DNA of 63,805 nucleotides, filler included, from Octopus bimaculoides (lineage: Eukaryota), in assembly GCF_001194135.2 (NCBI RefSeq). It is 5 parts of 5 records of this genome, joined end to end, with 100 filler letters (N's around TTAATTAATTAA, not from the genome) between each part and the next. Parts side by side here need not be neighbours in the genome. Positions count along the whole stretch, not along the records: positions 1 to 12,272 come from NC_068997.1; positions 12,373 to 33,584 come from NC_068989.1; 3 more parts are not named here. The stretch is one strand, 5' to 3'. Of this stretch, positions 1-14,687 are shown piece by piece. The translations under genes were made by a program, and so were the position numbers. Each line of letters begins with the position of its first letter. Positions within the stretch are counted from its first letter, which is position 1. A model generated the notes under the pieces. The model was not told the DNA's origin. It saw only the letters and a program-made list of their open reading frames with translations, and made no database searches.

Positions 1-459
1 TCTGTGTGTCTGTGTGTTTATGTATATATATATTTAAGTATGTGCGTATATATACTTGAAATATAAATTTCAATCGGATTCCTCTATTTCTCATTATTAT
101 CTTTCATTTTTTATTCTTTTTTTTTTAGTTTTTTTAAAAAAAGGAATGCTTCTAGTTTTAAAATAAATATAATAAATATAAAATATTAAACAGGAAACGT
201 TTAGAAGGAAGACGAATCAATTTTATTTTAAAATTCAAAGATTCGAATAAAAAATTTCTAAATTGAAGTTTAGCTAATAGTTAGAAAGTAGACAGAACAA
301 TAAAGGTTTTTTTGTCGTATTACCCTATATAAATAAAATAAAGGTATAATCATCATCAGCATCATCATCATCATCATCATCATCATCATAATCTCTTGCA
401 TTATACACCATTTTTTTCTCAATAAAATCAACAAGAGCAACAATAACTACATTAACGAG

Positions 460-499
<40 letters not shown>

Positions 500-859
500 C
501 AATCCTCACTTAAGGCCATTCTTGCTGGTGGTGGTGGTGGTGTTGGCGTCGTCGTCGGTTTTTGGACATAATTATGTGTGAAGCGCTGGATTCGATTTAA
601 TCGACTAACTCCTCGCTACCCGAATTTTTTTTTGTTCCTCTACCTATATCATCATCATCATCATTATCATCTTCAGTAGTAGTAGTAGTAGTAGCAGTAG
701 TATCAGTAGTAGTAGTATTGGACGGCATTTTGTTAGGCTTCACGTTCTGAGATCGAATTCGTCAAGGCTTACTTTGTAATTCGTCATATCCCGATGGATG
801 AAATAACAACAAAAGGTTAAATGTTGAGCTAAACAACAGACAAGAAGTGATATATGGAA

Positions 860-1160
860 GACATCACGGTGGACGCGAGCGTTCGCGAGAGAAAATAGCA
901 ATCGACTCCTTTAAAATGCTTTCGTTACCAGAGCTAAAGCGCCAGCTTTTACGAGCGGGAAATAATTGTTCGATATGATCGGGCAACAGAGACGTGGAAG
1001 TGGTAAGTAAGCCACAATTAGTTCTTTGGCGGATTCCACGGTCGCATCTTTTCCATTCCAGGCAGAAGTGTATAAACTTTAAGTAGATTTTTCCAACCGG
1101 ATGAGAGTAGTGACTGTGATAGTGGTGGATTTTAATACCTAACTCGACGGCCTGCAACAT
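860..1160 (+). mobile_element. Possible highly decayed RTE LINE 3' fragment
   Basis: LKRQLLRAGN…EVVSKPQLVLW weakly resembles the RTE C-terminal RRLRFAGH…VSxLLLW. Confidence 0.25.
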
Positions 1161-1179
1161 CTCTCAGCAGAAACGTTGC

Positions 1180-1413
1180 AAGGCGAGCTGGCAGAAACGT
1201 CAGCACGCCGGCCGAAATGCTTAGCGGTATTTCGTCTGCCGTTATGTTCTGAGTTCAAATTCCGCCGAGACCGACTTTGCTTTTCATCCTTTCGGGGTCG
1301 ATAAATTAAGTACCAGTTACGCGCTGGGGTTGATGTAACCGACTTAATCCCTTTGTCTGTCTTTGTTTATCCCCTCTATGTTTAGCCCCCTGTGGGCAAT
1401 AAAGAAATAAGAA
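1180..1413 (+). mobile_element. tRNA-derived SINE family B (full length, CpG intact)
   Basis: GGCGAGCTGGCAGAA…TTCTGAGTTCAAATTCCGCCGAG…AATAAAGAAATAAGAA. Recurs at about 3570-3905, 4625-4805, 26690-26900, 37370-37570, 49078-49300 and 61675-61810. Confidence 0.85.
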
Positions 1414-1697
1414 ACGTTGCATGGTTTGAAAAAGCCTATTACAGCTGCTGAGATAAGCATTGTTATGAATGGCGGTAGAAGGTTAAATCTTCTGGTGTGA
1501 TGGGCTTCATTACGTCCAGATTTGTTTGGCCTTCTCCTAGCAGACGACGATGACCGCAGGCGTCAAACATGAATAATTTCCAGTATGGTTAGCCGGTACG
1601 TAAGAAGATGCATTTGGAAACGAAGGCGCAGAAGAGGTAGTTCTTTACAATTTCCATTCTACAACATTGCTGAAGGCAGAGTTAAACATTTTGTTGA

Positions 1698-1738
<41 letters not shown>

Positions 1739-2910
1739 NNNNNNNNNNNNNNNNNNNNNNNNNNNNNNNNNNNNNNNNNNNNNNNNNNNNNNNNNNNNNN
1801 NNNNNNNNNNNNNNNNNNNNNNNNNNNNNNNNNNNNNNNNNNNNNNNNNNNNNNNNNNNNNNNNNNNNNNNNNNNNNNNNNNNNNNNNNNNNNNNNNNNN
1901 NNNNNNNNNNNNNNNNNNNNNNNNNNNNNNNNNNNNNNNNNNNNNNNNNNNNNNNNNNNNNNNNNNNNNNNNNNNNNNNNNNNNNNNNNNNNNNNNNNNN
2001 NNNNNNNNNNNNNNNNNNNNNNNNNNNNNNNNNNNNNNNNNNNNNNNNNNNNNNNNNNNNNNNNNNNNNNNNNNNNNNNNNNNNNNNNNNNNNNNNNNNN
2101 NNNNNNNNNNNNNNNNNNNNNNNTTGATCTTAATCTTGTTTTGCCAATTTGTTCCTCTGTGTTATTTTATTCCACCTTTACTTTCTTTCACTTCTTTTCC
2201 TCCTCTTTCCGCCACACCTAACCCTAAGACCGCCCCCCTCATCCTATTTTACACCCATAACACGCGTCTCAACCAAAAGTGGTTTTGCTTAAAATTAAAT
2301 TTAAAACGATTATTGACGGGTTTAAGTAAACCACACAACGAAGTAATATAAAGAAAAAGAGAAAGGAAAAGAAAAGCCAGATAAATAAAATATGAAATAC
2401 CAAAAAACATTTAAATAAATATGTAAGCAAACAAATACAAAATTGCAGTTAAAATAAAATTTTTAAAATGAGAGAACGGGAAGTAGAAGAGATAAAGAGA
2501 ATGAGAGGGAAAGCGGTAGAATGTATAGAGTTCATGAAATGTTACGCTGAAAAGTGAAATAAATATTTTATTTGGATTATTTAAGATGCATTTGAATGAC
2601 ATATTGAAAAATAGTAAAAAAAAATTTAAGGAAATTATCCAAATAAGAGTGTTAATATAGTACTGTCTCTAGAGACGTAATAAATGTGTACGTGCTATTG
2701 TGTGCGTGTATGTTTGTGAGTGTTTGAAAGAACGGGAGAAATAGAGAGGGGGATAAGGGGAGAGAAAGAGGGAAGTGGGAGAAGCTGCTGTAGATTAGAA
2801 ATTGCGAGAAAACTAAAGGAGAAAAACTGAGTATGAGAAGGTGTGGTAGATTTGCTGGAAGATAAGGGAAGAAAGAATAGGTTGTAGGTATGTATGTATG
2901 TATGTGTGGA

Positions 2911-2954
<44 letters not shown>

Positions 2955-3171
2955 GACAGACAGAGACAGAGACAGAGAGAGCGCGAAAGAAGGATGCAGG
3001 GTTGATAGAATAAAAAAAGCTATGTGAGTGGGGATTCGGGAAGGAGTAAAACAGTGAGTACTGCTGAAAAGGGATACAGGGAGAGAGATACTGAGAAAGT
3101 GAAAGAGAGAGACAGAGAGAGAGAGAGAGAAAGACTGAACAGGAAAGGAAGTAGACAGAGTGAGGAGACTA

Positions 3172-3381
3172 CGAGGAGGTGCGGAAAAGTTCCTGGCTTT
3201 GGGTAAAAGCACATACAGGAGGATTATTGGCTTTATGCAACATATTCCTTTCTCAGATTCACACACAGCAGCGGTCCTTCAGTTTTTCTACGCTCTGTAA
3301 ACGAACTCGGAATGTTGGGCCTCCAACCAGGCTTTTCTCGACCCCACCCCCTAAAGCCGGAAACTTTTCGGCACCCCCTCG
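3172..3381. mobile_element. Mariner-derived MITE
   Basis: TIRs CGAGGAGGTGCGGAAAAGTTCC / GGAAACTTTTCGGCACCCCCTCG with TA at the left end. Internal remnant of the transposase C-terminus (EKLKDRC). Confidence 0.75.
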
Positions 3382-4478
3382 TTTATAGGCATCGATATGA
3401 AACTGGAGATTAATTTCATACGTACTCTGAGTTTCGCCGGTTAGTATGAACATGGTGTATCAAACATGATGAATCGCATCGTTCGAGAAACTCGGAGTAG
3501 TAAACGAAATTAATTACCAGCTTCCTCTACATGTGTTTACGTATGTATATAAGTGTGTGCAGAGGTGTATGTAAAGTCGACCTCGGCGGAATTTGAACTC
3601 AGAACGTAAAGACAGACGAAATACCACTAAGAATTTCGCCTGGCGTGCTAACGTTTCTACCAGCTCACCGCCTTAACACCATCCAATATTATATCTCAAA
3701 CGAAGGCTATAAGTTGGCAGAATCGTTAGCATGCCTGGTGAAATCTTTAGCGACATTTCGCCCGTCATTACGTTCTGAGTTCAAATACCTCCGAGGTTGA
3801 CTTTTATTTTTGGGGCCGATAAAATAAGTACCAGTTGAGTATTGGGGTCGATGTAATCCACATACACCCCTCCTGGAATTTCTAGCCTTGTTCCAAAATT
3901 TGAAACCAATGTTACATCTTAACTGTGACAATGATCCAAATGAAATCGTGCACCATTAAACTTCGCCGTAACCCTTGTGTTGCGCTGCCCTTATATATTG
4001 TGTTATGCATTTCTGAGCAGTATATAACGCACCAGCTCTATCTGCTGTTTTTTTTATTTTTTATTATTTTTTTTTACTTTGCCCTTCATTGAAAATATTG
4101 CACGTACGGTTCCAAAATTTCTTTTTCGAGCTACGAAGGATATGTTGTTCTAGACATACGTTCATCTAAAACTGCTATTTTGAGGATGAGAAAACGATCA
4201 TCGAGTGTTTTATGATGTAGAGACACGAAATTTTCTATTTTGCATGTTTGCGCGCAGGCTAGTGTGTTACATTTTTTTATTTTCATCACTGTCACGTGAC
4301 GAACTGAAATATTGATGCACTTAGCCATTGCCAGAGAAGATTTCTAGATAGGAATTTTCTGCCGGATGCTTCACTGGGGAAGCTTCAGTGAAAGAAAGGG
4401 AGGCTGGAAACGTTTTCATTCTTCCTCAATTCAAACTCACCGTTCTTTCTTTACTTGGTAAACGCACGCGCGCATTGT

Positions 4479-4554
<76 letters not shown>

Positions 4555-5316
4555 ACATGTGTGTTGCAACAGATACAAAAAGTACCGGGTAGCTAATGGA
4601 GAAAAAATTTAGTTCATAAAAATGTGACAGATAGACACAAGGCCCGCAATTTTGGGGGAGGGGGCCAATCAATTAGATCGACCCCAGTACGCAACCGGTA
4701 CTTAATTAATCGACCCCGAAAAAATGAAAGGCAAAGTCGACCTCGGCGGAATTTGAACTCAGAACATAAAAGCAGACAACATACCGCTAAGCATTTCACC
4801 CAGCGTAGTATCGTTTCTCATTGCAATGGTTTAAAACACCCCTAAACTGAACTTCTGTTCAAGCCAACCAATTTTACATAACTTATCAAACCAGTAAATC
4901 CAAGCATAATGAGTCATTCTAAGATGAATTATTTATTCTTTTATCAAAACTAATGAATTGAATACAAGTAATCCAACTTTATATACTAGAGGTATTGAAA
5001 AGTAAAAATATTCTGAAATTCATGAAGATAATTACAATGTTAAATCGTTAAAGTAAAATAACCTTCCAAATCTCACGATGGAAGAGTACGTAACCTGGTT
5101 AACATGAAAGGAAATAATGGAAAGCTTTAAGCTCAGAGTAAATTAATAACGCCCTGCTGTGAGGGACTGGATAAATTTGTTGTTGAAGAAACTAAGGAAT
5201 TGTTTGAGTAATAGGAAGTGAATGGAGAAGATATAGTTGGTATGGAGAAGAAATAATGACAATGAATCTGATTCTAATGAACTAGACATTGGAAAATATA
5301 GGCTTCAAATATTAAG

Positions 5317-5437
<121 letters not shown>

Positions 5438-5619
5438 ATGAGTGTGTTTGTGTGCATGAGTGTGTTTGTGTGCGTGTGTAGCGGGGGGTTATGATATTTT
5501 AAAAAATAACATGGAATGTTTTATACGTAAATGAGTCAAAAAGATTTCATGAACAAAACGAAAATAGTATCTACTTCAAAACATTGATATATTAACTCGA
5601 ATTTGTTCAGAAGAGATGT

Positions 5620-7400
5620 TATATAGTCTTCCTTAAGCAGCTGCATCTGAGATGTGAATCACTGTCCTTCATTGGCTTTAATGAGTTTTCGATTTTGTAT
5701 TGTGTCTCTGTCAGTAATACCAATGGATCTGTGTGGTTTTCGTCCTCTACAATGTTACAGAACTTTGAAAGCTATAAATGTCTTACAGCGATGATAGAAG
5801 TGGTTAGCAAAGCCTATCCTATGTTCTGAAAAGATGCGTTGCATTCGTCAATAAATCTCTTCAGTTTGATTTCCGTTCTTGAAATGACACGATTTCAGCC
5901 CTCATAAGAAGATTGGTGTACGTCCCTCTTCATTGGCCAAGTTTTGAGTTGATAGAATAAGAATGCTCTCTATATAAGCCATCGAGAAAATCTTGCTGAC
6001 TTTGAAATTATTGGTTACCAAATGTTTTGGACTTTGCTACAGTGTAGACCTTTGCATGTCAAGAAGTCTTTCAGTAATATAGAACTCAGGGTACCTACTT
6101 GAGTTGTGTCCCACCGTTGAGACAAATCGGCTTCATTCCTCATTGATGGTTACGTTTTCAATCTTCTTTGCATAGAGAAACTCGCCTACTGTGGCTGTAG
6201 CATCCTCAGTGGATGGGAATAAGAATCGCAAGACTTGCACAACGCATACGTGGTGACCTGTGAACGCATTATTAGTGTAGTCAGGATCAGAGAGATAAAG
6301 GACCTGCAAACCTCTCATATCGCCTCTGCCTGACAGTGATGCATTTGTTTTGGATGGTGTTAAGGCTTTATCTGGGGAATTAGTGCACTATATTCAGAAA
6401 GAGAGATACACAACTGGAGTGTATTCCTTAACGATTTCTGCAGTTCTTGGAAAGCTTTTAGTCAGAATTATCTGTACTTTTCACAAAGATTGATGGATTT
6501 TTGTACGTGATGATTATGGCTTTCACAATCTCATCTAAGATAGCGATCCAACAGGATATGAAGCATTGCCTTTCTTTTGGTATCATCAAACGCTTTGAAG
6601 AAATCCTTTTGCTTCCAGATCACTGGTACCATCGATCTGCATTTGTGGAAACCGTTTTTGTTCTGTATTATAGTTAAATGAATAATAGTAGAAATTCTGT
6701 TATGGGGATTAGGACTGCGGATATTTGAAGAGGTGATAATGTGATTCCTCTGCAGTTTTAACGAAGATGTAGATCACCTTTCTTTAGAAGTGGAATAATT
6801 AAAGACTTCCAGAGGATTGTTGTTTTTTATTCAAATAGACCTCGTTACAGAAACCAACAGATATTCGTGGAAGAGTGGACTCCTCCAGATGACAGTTGTG
6901 ATGTTTTCTGGACCTGATGTTTGTTGCTTCATAATTATTTAAAACATTTTGAAGTTGTCTGATTTTGGCAGACCATCTGCTATTTGTGATCGAGAAAAGG
7001 AGCGCCATCAAGTTTCTTGTTGCGTAGCTCTGTTTTATCAAGTACCAGTCTGAAATACTTAAACCCAGTATCTATACGCTGGTCAGGGTTTCTCTCTCAA
7101 AGAGAATTACTGGAGAAGATCTCTTGTAGATAAGGTCCTTCTAAGCGTCTTCTAGATAAGGTCCTCCGTTATCGAGCTATTCTGCTTTGGGCTTGAGGCT
7201 AGCTTTTGGTGCCTCTTTATACGTTTCATCTGCGATTCTTTAGCTGAATCGGAGATTTTTTTCCAATATTTTTGTAGTAGTTGAATTCATGCTTCTGAGT
7301 TGCTCTCTTCAAATATCCACTGGCTTTTGTTGTCTTTTCATGGAAAATGAAGTGTGGCTTCTTTCTCACCTTCGAGAATAATTCGAAGACTATATATAGT
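5620..7400 (-). mobile_element. Degenerate RTE-clade LINE (reverse transcriptase region, many stops and frameshifts)
   Basis: Minus-strand fragments appear in RT order: ..GPENITTVIWRSPLFHEYLL.., WKSLIIPLLKKGDL..NCRGITL, QNKNGFHKCRS, DFFKAFD..KRKAMLHIL, LSDPDYTNN (decayed DLDFADD), GTYTNLLMRA, RIGFANH. Confidence 0.8.
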
Positions 7401-8230
7401 GTGTATCATGAACATCAATGTATTGTATTCAAACCTGACACAAAGAGAGACATGATGTGTACAGAAATTGTAAACTAGTCGTATAAATTAGCATTGCCAG
7501 CTGCTTCTCTATTATCACTTTATTTCATTTGATCTCTGACTCGCAATTTGTTCTTGTAGTTATTTGTCCATTCTATGCACGAATCAATTCTGTGGCGAGA
7601 TTTAGCTTTCAAAATAACTGTATGCATGTGTATTTTTTGATACTGTTAGATCATTTCTTCTTGGTTATGATATAATACAGTTAAACAAGTCAGCCAATTA
7701 GTTGACAATGTGATCAGAGTGTCGATATACGATTTTAAATCCATGTCTTAGTAGTAACAAGTCTACTAAAAAATATAAAGGTAGGCGTTAATATATCGGG
7801 TCCGGAAACAGTTGAATTTCTGGATGAGTAATACTCATGAAGCAGGATCTATACTGTTACTTACGTAAGGAGCTACACGGGGTAATGGTGAAACTAACCG
7901 TTTATAACCAGTAGGAATTTTTAATCATTTCACAGTTGACCTAAAATAATTTAAATCTGGGACACAATTAGAATGATAAAATCAATGCAGAAATAAAATG
8001 CCTTGCGATAACATGGAATATCTTTGTAAAAAGTGTTTGGAAAAAAAACTGAAGGAACAAGATAAAAAGTATTATCAACTTCATCGAATTGATATATTGA
8101 TTATTACATGGTTAAACCTGATTAACAAAAGAAAATCAGGATCTTATTAATATATACATATTAATATACATATAGGCATATATTAAACGTAGCGGGTGAT
8201 CCACATGTGTTTCTAGAAGGAACATAAGTG

Positions 8231-8277
<47 letters not shown>

Positions 8278-8524
8278 TGTGTGTGCATGTGTGTGCGTGT
8301 GCACGTGTATTTGTACGTGTGTATGCATAGATGTATATGTGTAGGTACATGTAAGTAAACATACAAATATGCATGTATGTATATGTATATATACAGACGC
8401 ATATGTATGTATGTATATATGTATGTATGCATGTATGTACGTATATATGTATGTTTGGATGCAAGGATGGATGCTACATACATATATCTATACATGAATC
8501 TGAATACGCATGCCTCTGTACGCG

Positions 8525-8571
<47 letters not shown>

Positions 8572-9360
8572 AATGTGCAAGTGTGCAAAATATTTGATTA
8601 GATAAATTTGAAAAGAAATCACATGGGGAAAAAAAAGAAGATAAATTTTCTTTTAAGGAATTATTTGCAACGAATGAAGTCAGAATCGTCTTGTAAGATT
8701 CCATGCATAATGCGATAACTTTACCAAATATTTCAAGTAACCTACGATGTCTTACGTTTCTGTTTGTCTTTCGATTTTTTTTACTTGCTATTTTTTTTTA
8801 TATATATATGCGTTTCTGTTTGTTTTTTGGATTTGCTTTATATTCTTGTGTTTCGATTTTGGAGAGGAATATATTTCTGATGAAAACATTGTTAATGCTT
8901 ATTTATTTATTTATTTATTTAAGCAGGCGCATATATTCCCATACATCCATGTACACACGCACACACAATCGCGTATGCATACAATCGCGCACACACGCAT
9001 AAATACACTACTTAAATATACATATCTGTGTGTGTGTGAGTGCATAACACACATAAATACACTGCTCATATATATATATATATACATATACATATATTTA
9101 TATACATATATATATATATACATATATATATGTATATGCCTATATATATATANNNNNNNNNNNNNNNNNNNNNNNNNNNNNNNNNNNNNNNNNNNNNNNN
9201 NNNNNNNNNNNNNNNNNNNNNNNNNNNNNNNNNNNNNNNNNNNNNNNNNNNNNNNNNNNNNNNNNNNNNNNNNNNNNNNNNNNNNNNNNNNNNNNNNNNN
9301 NNNNNNNNNNNNNNNNNNNNNNNNNNNNNNNNNNNNNNNNNNNNNNNNNNNNNNNNNNNN

Positions 9361-9406
<46 letters not shown>

Positions 9407-10308
9407 ATTCATACATACATGCGTATAAACACACATACATACGTACGTACATACATATATCGTCTTCTCTTCCCCTTTTGACCAAATTTCCATGTTAAAA
9501 GCAGATACGACGCATAGTGTATTCTAAAAAATTGTTTTACGAAACATTAACTGCCTCAAATGTCTCGCCATTATAATGACGCCGTTTGTTCTTTTTTTGT
9601 TTTTGCTTTTTTATTTTTATTCGTATTTTCTCCTGTTTTTATTTTGTTATCAAGGCAGCTGTTCGCAGCTATTTCAGAATGTTGTAGGTAAAATAGCACT
9701 AATGTTGATTTTTGTTGTAGCAGCATTTGTTGTTATTGCTGTTGAAGTTGTTATTGTATAGTTTTTGTATGTTCTTAATGTTCTTGATAATATTATTGGT
9801 AATGTGGCTGTCGTTGTTGTTGAAAATGTTGGCGGTAGTGGCAGTGGTCGTAGTGGTGAAGATGGTGGTGACCGTCGTGGTGGTCGTCGCGATTATATTG
9901 ATGTTATCATTGTCATTGATCTTGTTGTTTCCTGCTGTTTTGTTTAGTGTTTTTTTTTTATATACAGAATCTTTTTAACTTCCTTTTAATCTGTATACAT
10001 CGCCATTTCTTTTTTCTTTTACAGGAGAGTAATGCAGAATATCCTAAATCTGCCCCAAATATTTTCTCATCTATCCATTTTTCCAATTGTGTGTATGGAT
10101 GTATGGGTTTATGCACCGACACACACACCCACGCTAACACACACACACACACATACGCACACTCGCGGAAGCAATATACACGCACACACGCGCAGAAATA
10201 CACATACATACATAATTACACACACACGTGTTTGTGTATGTATATGAGTAAAATTTATGCACATACACATGTATATGTGTATGTACATATATACATAAGT
10301 ATATAAGC

Positions 10309-10342
<34 letters not shown>

Positions 10343-10618
10343 NNNNNNNNNNNNNNNNNNNNNNNNNNNNNNNNNNNNNNNNNNNNNNNNNNNNNNNNNN
10401 NNNNNNNNNNNNNNNNNNNNNNNNNNNNNNNNNNNNNNNNNNNNNNNNNNNNNNNNNNNNNNNNNNNNNNNNNNNNNNNNNNNNNNNNNNNNNNNNNNNN
10501 NNNNNNNNNNNNNNNNNNNNNNNNNNNNNNNNNNNNNNNATATATATGCACACCTGTCATACACATAACAGTGTATCTATTTATCTATTCGCCGACTTAT
10601 TCATATGCATCTGTAGGC

Positions 10619-10668
<50 letters not shown>

Positions 10669-11371
10669 ATAGAGAAAGATAGGTAGAAATATATAGAGAT
10701 AAATATAGATAGATAGATAGAGATGTCAGATTGTATTGTATAGACTTCTATTTTTACTATAATTTTTGTTGTTGTAGATATTATTATCATCATTATTACA
10801 ATCATGATAAACATACCTGTCACTGTTTTTATGCCGAGCCATCATTATCTAGCTTGCTAGCTAGCAACACATCTATCTATCTATTTATCTGCCATTATAT
10901 TACATGTCTTTTATTATATGTGTATATTTTCATATATTATGTATATATATATATATCTTTCTTTCACCTCACAATTTTTATAGTATCTAAAGCTTTTTCT
11001 TCCTCTTATTTCCTACCTTTAAACTTACCATTTCTCTCCCATGCCACCTCTCACCATCCTCTCCGTCTTAATATTTCTACATAGCTCCCTTCATATGCTT
11101 CATTAAAATTTAAAACACTGGTATACTCGCTCAGTTAACGACATTCTTTTTCTTCAACTTTTTATCATTGCACTCTCGGTCATCCATATCTTTTGCCCTC
11201 AATCTCGTTTCTCTTCTTAACTCTTACACCCTCCCCTCTCTTTCTCTCTTTCTATCTCTCTTCCTCTCCCACTTTCTACTTTCACTTTAAATGTCTCTCA
11301 TTGCATCTTATGTTTTATTCTAATTCATATTCTTAATAAGAATCTCTATGAAGCTACATTCATATAAACAC

Positions 11372-11422
<51 letters not shown>

Positions 11423-12233
11423 CATACACATATATATGTGTGTATGTATACATGTATATGTACATATATATGCATATATATACGTATATATATATGTGTG
11501 TATATATACATCTGTGTATATATATAAATATATATATATGCACACAAACATATATTCATATTTAAATGCGTTTATGTACACATAAATATATCCATATATA
11601 TATAGTTTACATATGCGCACGTATATATGTATGTATGCACATATATATGTATATATTTGTATATATGCATGTATGCATGTATGCATGTATGTATGCATGT
11701 ATGTATGTATATAAACATATATGACGTTTACATGTGAGTGTGCGTGAATGACGGATTGGTATGTACGAGTCCGCTTCTTCTGTTAGATTACATAATCTCT
11801 TTTCCTATACGTGGCACTCCCACTCTAATACTGTCATCATTCGTATCTAGCCCTCTCACTAACACCCACATATATTTATTACTCCTTTTCATCACATTCT
11901 CCTAATTTCCTGTTCATTGATTTCTATCCTTATATATTTTTTGGAATCTGATTTTTTTTCCTTCTGCATAGGTTATCGCTTCTTACATATTCTTTCTCTC
12001 CCTCCTTTCTCTTGCCCATCACAAATACACACACACATACACACTCACACACACACACACATATTATACGCACACACATGCGCGTGCGCAAGCATATCCG
12101 TAGATATACATGTACGTATAACTCACTCCGATCACGGATATCAAAACGATTTCTGTCACACACTTATATTCACTTATAAATTCATATATGCAAACATACA
12201 TATATATTCAAGTATATATACATTCAAATAGGC

Positions 12234-12272
<39 letters not shown>

Positions 12273-12316
12273 NNNNNNNNNNNNNNNNNNNNNNNNNNNN
12301 NNNNNNNNNNNNNNNN

Positions 12317-12328
12317 TTAATTAATTAA
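12317..12328. other. Scaffolding linker TTAATTAATTAA between N-runs (also 33629-33640, 57947-57958, 62405-62416)
   Basis: Identical 12-mer with stops in all six frames, embedded in ~100-nt N blocks. An assembly artefact marking contig joins. Confidence 0.9.
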
Positions 12329-12910
12329 NNNNNNNNNNNNNNNNNNNNNNNNNNNNNNNNNNNNNNNNNNNNTAAAAAATAAAAAAAAAAAGATATATAT
12401 ATATATATATATATGAGTACAGATGGCTGAATAGAGTAAATAAAAAACACCTGAAAATTCAGTTCGTGTCTTCTCATTTGCACAATGTCTTCTCCTCCAC
12501 CCACCCACCCTCATCATGTAGAGAACCATCAATGTAAGGGGGATAATAATGACATAAATCGTTATAGTATTTTGGCAAAGATGATATTGTTCAACCCCAC
12601 CAAATCTGGCTTGACAGAACAAATCTACGATCAAACGCATTCCAGCTATAATCATCCCATATTTTTAGTGGGGTATTATTTATTACCCCATATTTCTGAT
12701 GGTGCTTATTAGGAGTGAAGTATCCAATGTGTCCTCTATCTTTTCATGATAGTTGGCTGCTAATTTTAGCAGGTCACCAACCACATAGAGATTCCCTAGT
12801 TAGCTTAGATGACCATACTAATGTGTGCTGGTGAATATGGTAGTACAAGAACAGATAGAAGAGTATGAATTTTGATCAATATGGAAGAACAACGATAGCT
12901 GTAACATTAC

Positions 12911-13149
12911 CTGGAGAAAATGACATCAGGTATAAGACAAGTCCAAGAATGGCTGACCAAGAATAATCTGAAGGACAGAAGTCAAGTGCAAATATTTCAT
13001 GATCGGTAGTAGAATTAGTTTCAGTGGAACAGATATCTGAATCATCAGAGGAATTTCCTTTTGGCAAGCAGTAACCAAATTTCACTGTGTGTCCATTATC
13101 AGTGTATTCAAATCCACATTTGTCATCCATTATACATGTATCACAAGTG
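12911..13149 (-). CDS. SLC2A13: SLC2A13-like exon: TCDTCIMDDKCGFEY...DFCPSDYSWSAILGLVLYLMSFSP(G)
   Basis: Acceptor tttcttcacatccAG and donor GTaatg; 239 bp. Encodes the Cys-rich extracellular loop typical of HMIT (CxxCxxDxxCGF...FCPxxYSWxAxLGLxLYLxxFxPG). Confidence 0.95.
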
Positions 13150-14578
13150 CTGGATGTGAAGAAATAAAAAAAAGAAGAGAAAAATAAAAAAATGATTACA
13201 TTTAGTGTTTGTTTTGGGAGCCATTTTTCCATTTTTATGAAATCAACATGGGTGAAAATAAGAGGGAAACTAGTTTCAGTGAAAAAAAAGTATCGAACTA
13301 TCTCATCTTATAGAATGAGGAAAGGGAACTGTTTTATATCTGAAGATCAAATCAAATTAAATGAAATCTAATCAGACCCCATAAAGAAAATTTTATGAAA
13401 TACAAAGGTACATTCCTGAAGTTTTGAAACTTTTTAGGAGAGGCAGTTATAACTGTTCTAGATTATTGTAATTTTAGTACATCATTACAATACATCTAAT
13501 AAGCTGGGTTGAACAGTTTGACAGGAGCTGGCCAAGCAGAAAACTGCACCATGCTTCTGTGTCTATTTTGACAATCACAAACTACCAAGCAGTGTGGACT
13601 GAGTGCTTTTTACGTGGTATGAGCACATGTGAGGTTATAGTTTGATTGCTGATTTCAGTAAACAAACGTTTGTACTCTTGTTGGCTTGTCAGAGTAGCTT
13701 TCACTGAAGAGACACACAACAAGGTCAAAACACAACTGTGTCTCAAAGTCTCCTTGTGCCAGTGAATTACATGTTTTGAACACAAATCATCTAAAGGGAG
13801 GAAATGTTATCTAATGGCAAACAGCAACAGCAATCAGCATATCCACATTTGAATCTGCTATGATGCATTGAGAACAAATAGATACATAATGGGAAAATGA
13901 AATTATTGTGAAAATATAATTATAAGTTTGAAAAAGAAACAAAAATGTAAACTGAACTGTTAATGATCTTTTAAGAATTTAAGAACATTAAAAATAATTT
14001 ATTTTCTAAATTTTTTTAAGGTTTCTTAGAGAAGAAATAATAGTACCCCAAGCCATTCTGCAAGATCTCTAAGATCAGTGGATGGAATTATCAAAAGACT
14101 GGCAATCTGGATCAAATTCTTGTGACAGAGTGAACTCTGATAAGGTTACCCAAGAATCAGGTTGAGGTATTAAAGCAATCAATGAACCAGACAATGTAAT
14201 CACCAAAAATATACTTGTTTTTGCAAAATCCAGACTTTTTTTCCAGAAGGCCACACTTAAGGGACTTGAAAGCTGCAAATTCCTCGTCCCTATAAACATT
14301 TTACTGTGTTGCTATATAAGACACAAAATTTTGTTTGCTTTAGTTATTTTTATCTCTAGAAAAATTAGATACACTAAAAATGCTTATTAGAAATTACTTA
14401 TAGAAAATGTGTATTTTATGACAAAAGATTGGATTATCATATACAGTTCTGGGTTTTAGAAATTATAAACCATAATATACCAAACAATAGATTACCAGTA
14501 AATGCATGATTGAAAACAAAAATTAAATCAACAGAAAAATGACTGAAAAATTGAGCAACTTGATCATGGTTTTTTTAC

Positions 14579-14687
14579 CTGTAGCTGCAAAGGTTATTCT
14601 CTAAATTTGTTTGATTCAAGTTCTTTGGTGAATTTACGGCAGACAACTGGAAACCTATTGCTAATATTGAAAGACTGACAAAAACAC
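14579..14687 (-). CDS. SLC2A13: SLC2A13-like exon: (G)VFVSLSILAIGFQLSAVNSPKNLNQTNLENNLCSY(S)
   Basis: Acceptor ttcattgctttAG and donor GTaaaa; 109 bp. Phases fit both neighbours. Encodes a TM helix followed by the start of the large extracellular loop with an N-x-T sequon. Confidence 0.92.

Noticed and set aside
325-519. Poly-Asp ORF
   Set aside because: Translation of (ATC)n microsatellites.
3020-3060. LLPESP motif on the minus strand resembling the sugar-porter PESPRW motif
   Set aside because: It lies in low-complexity (GA)n-derived sequence, lacks RW, and is on the wrong side of the gene. The true exon maps to the 20351-20630 gap.
7859-7950. Minus-strand ttttAG…GTaagt exon-like segment
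   Set aside because: Stops occur in all three frames and there is no HMIT similarity.
12317-12328. Recurrent palindrome TTAATTAATTAA (4 sites)
   Set aside because: It always sits inside N-runs and is a synthetic scaffolding linker.
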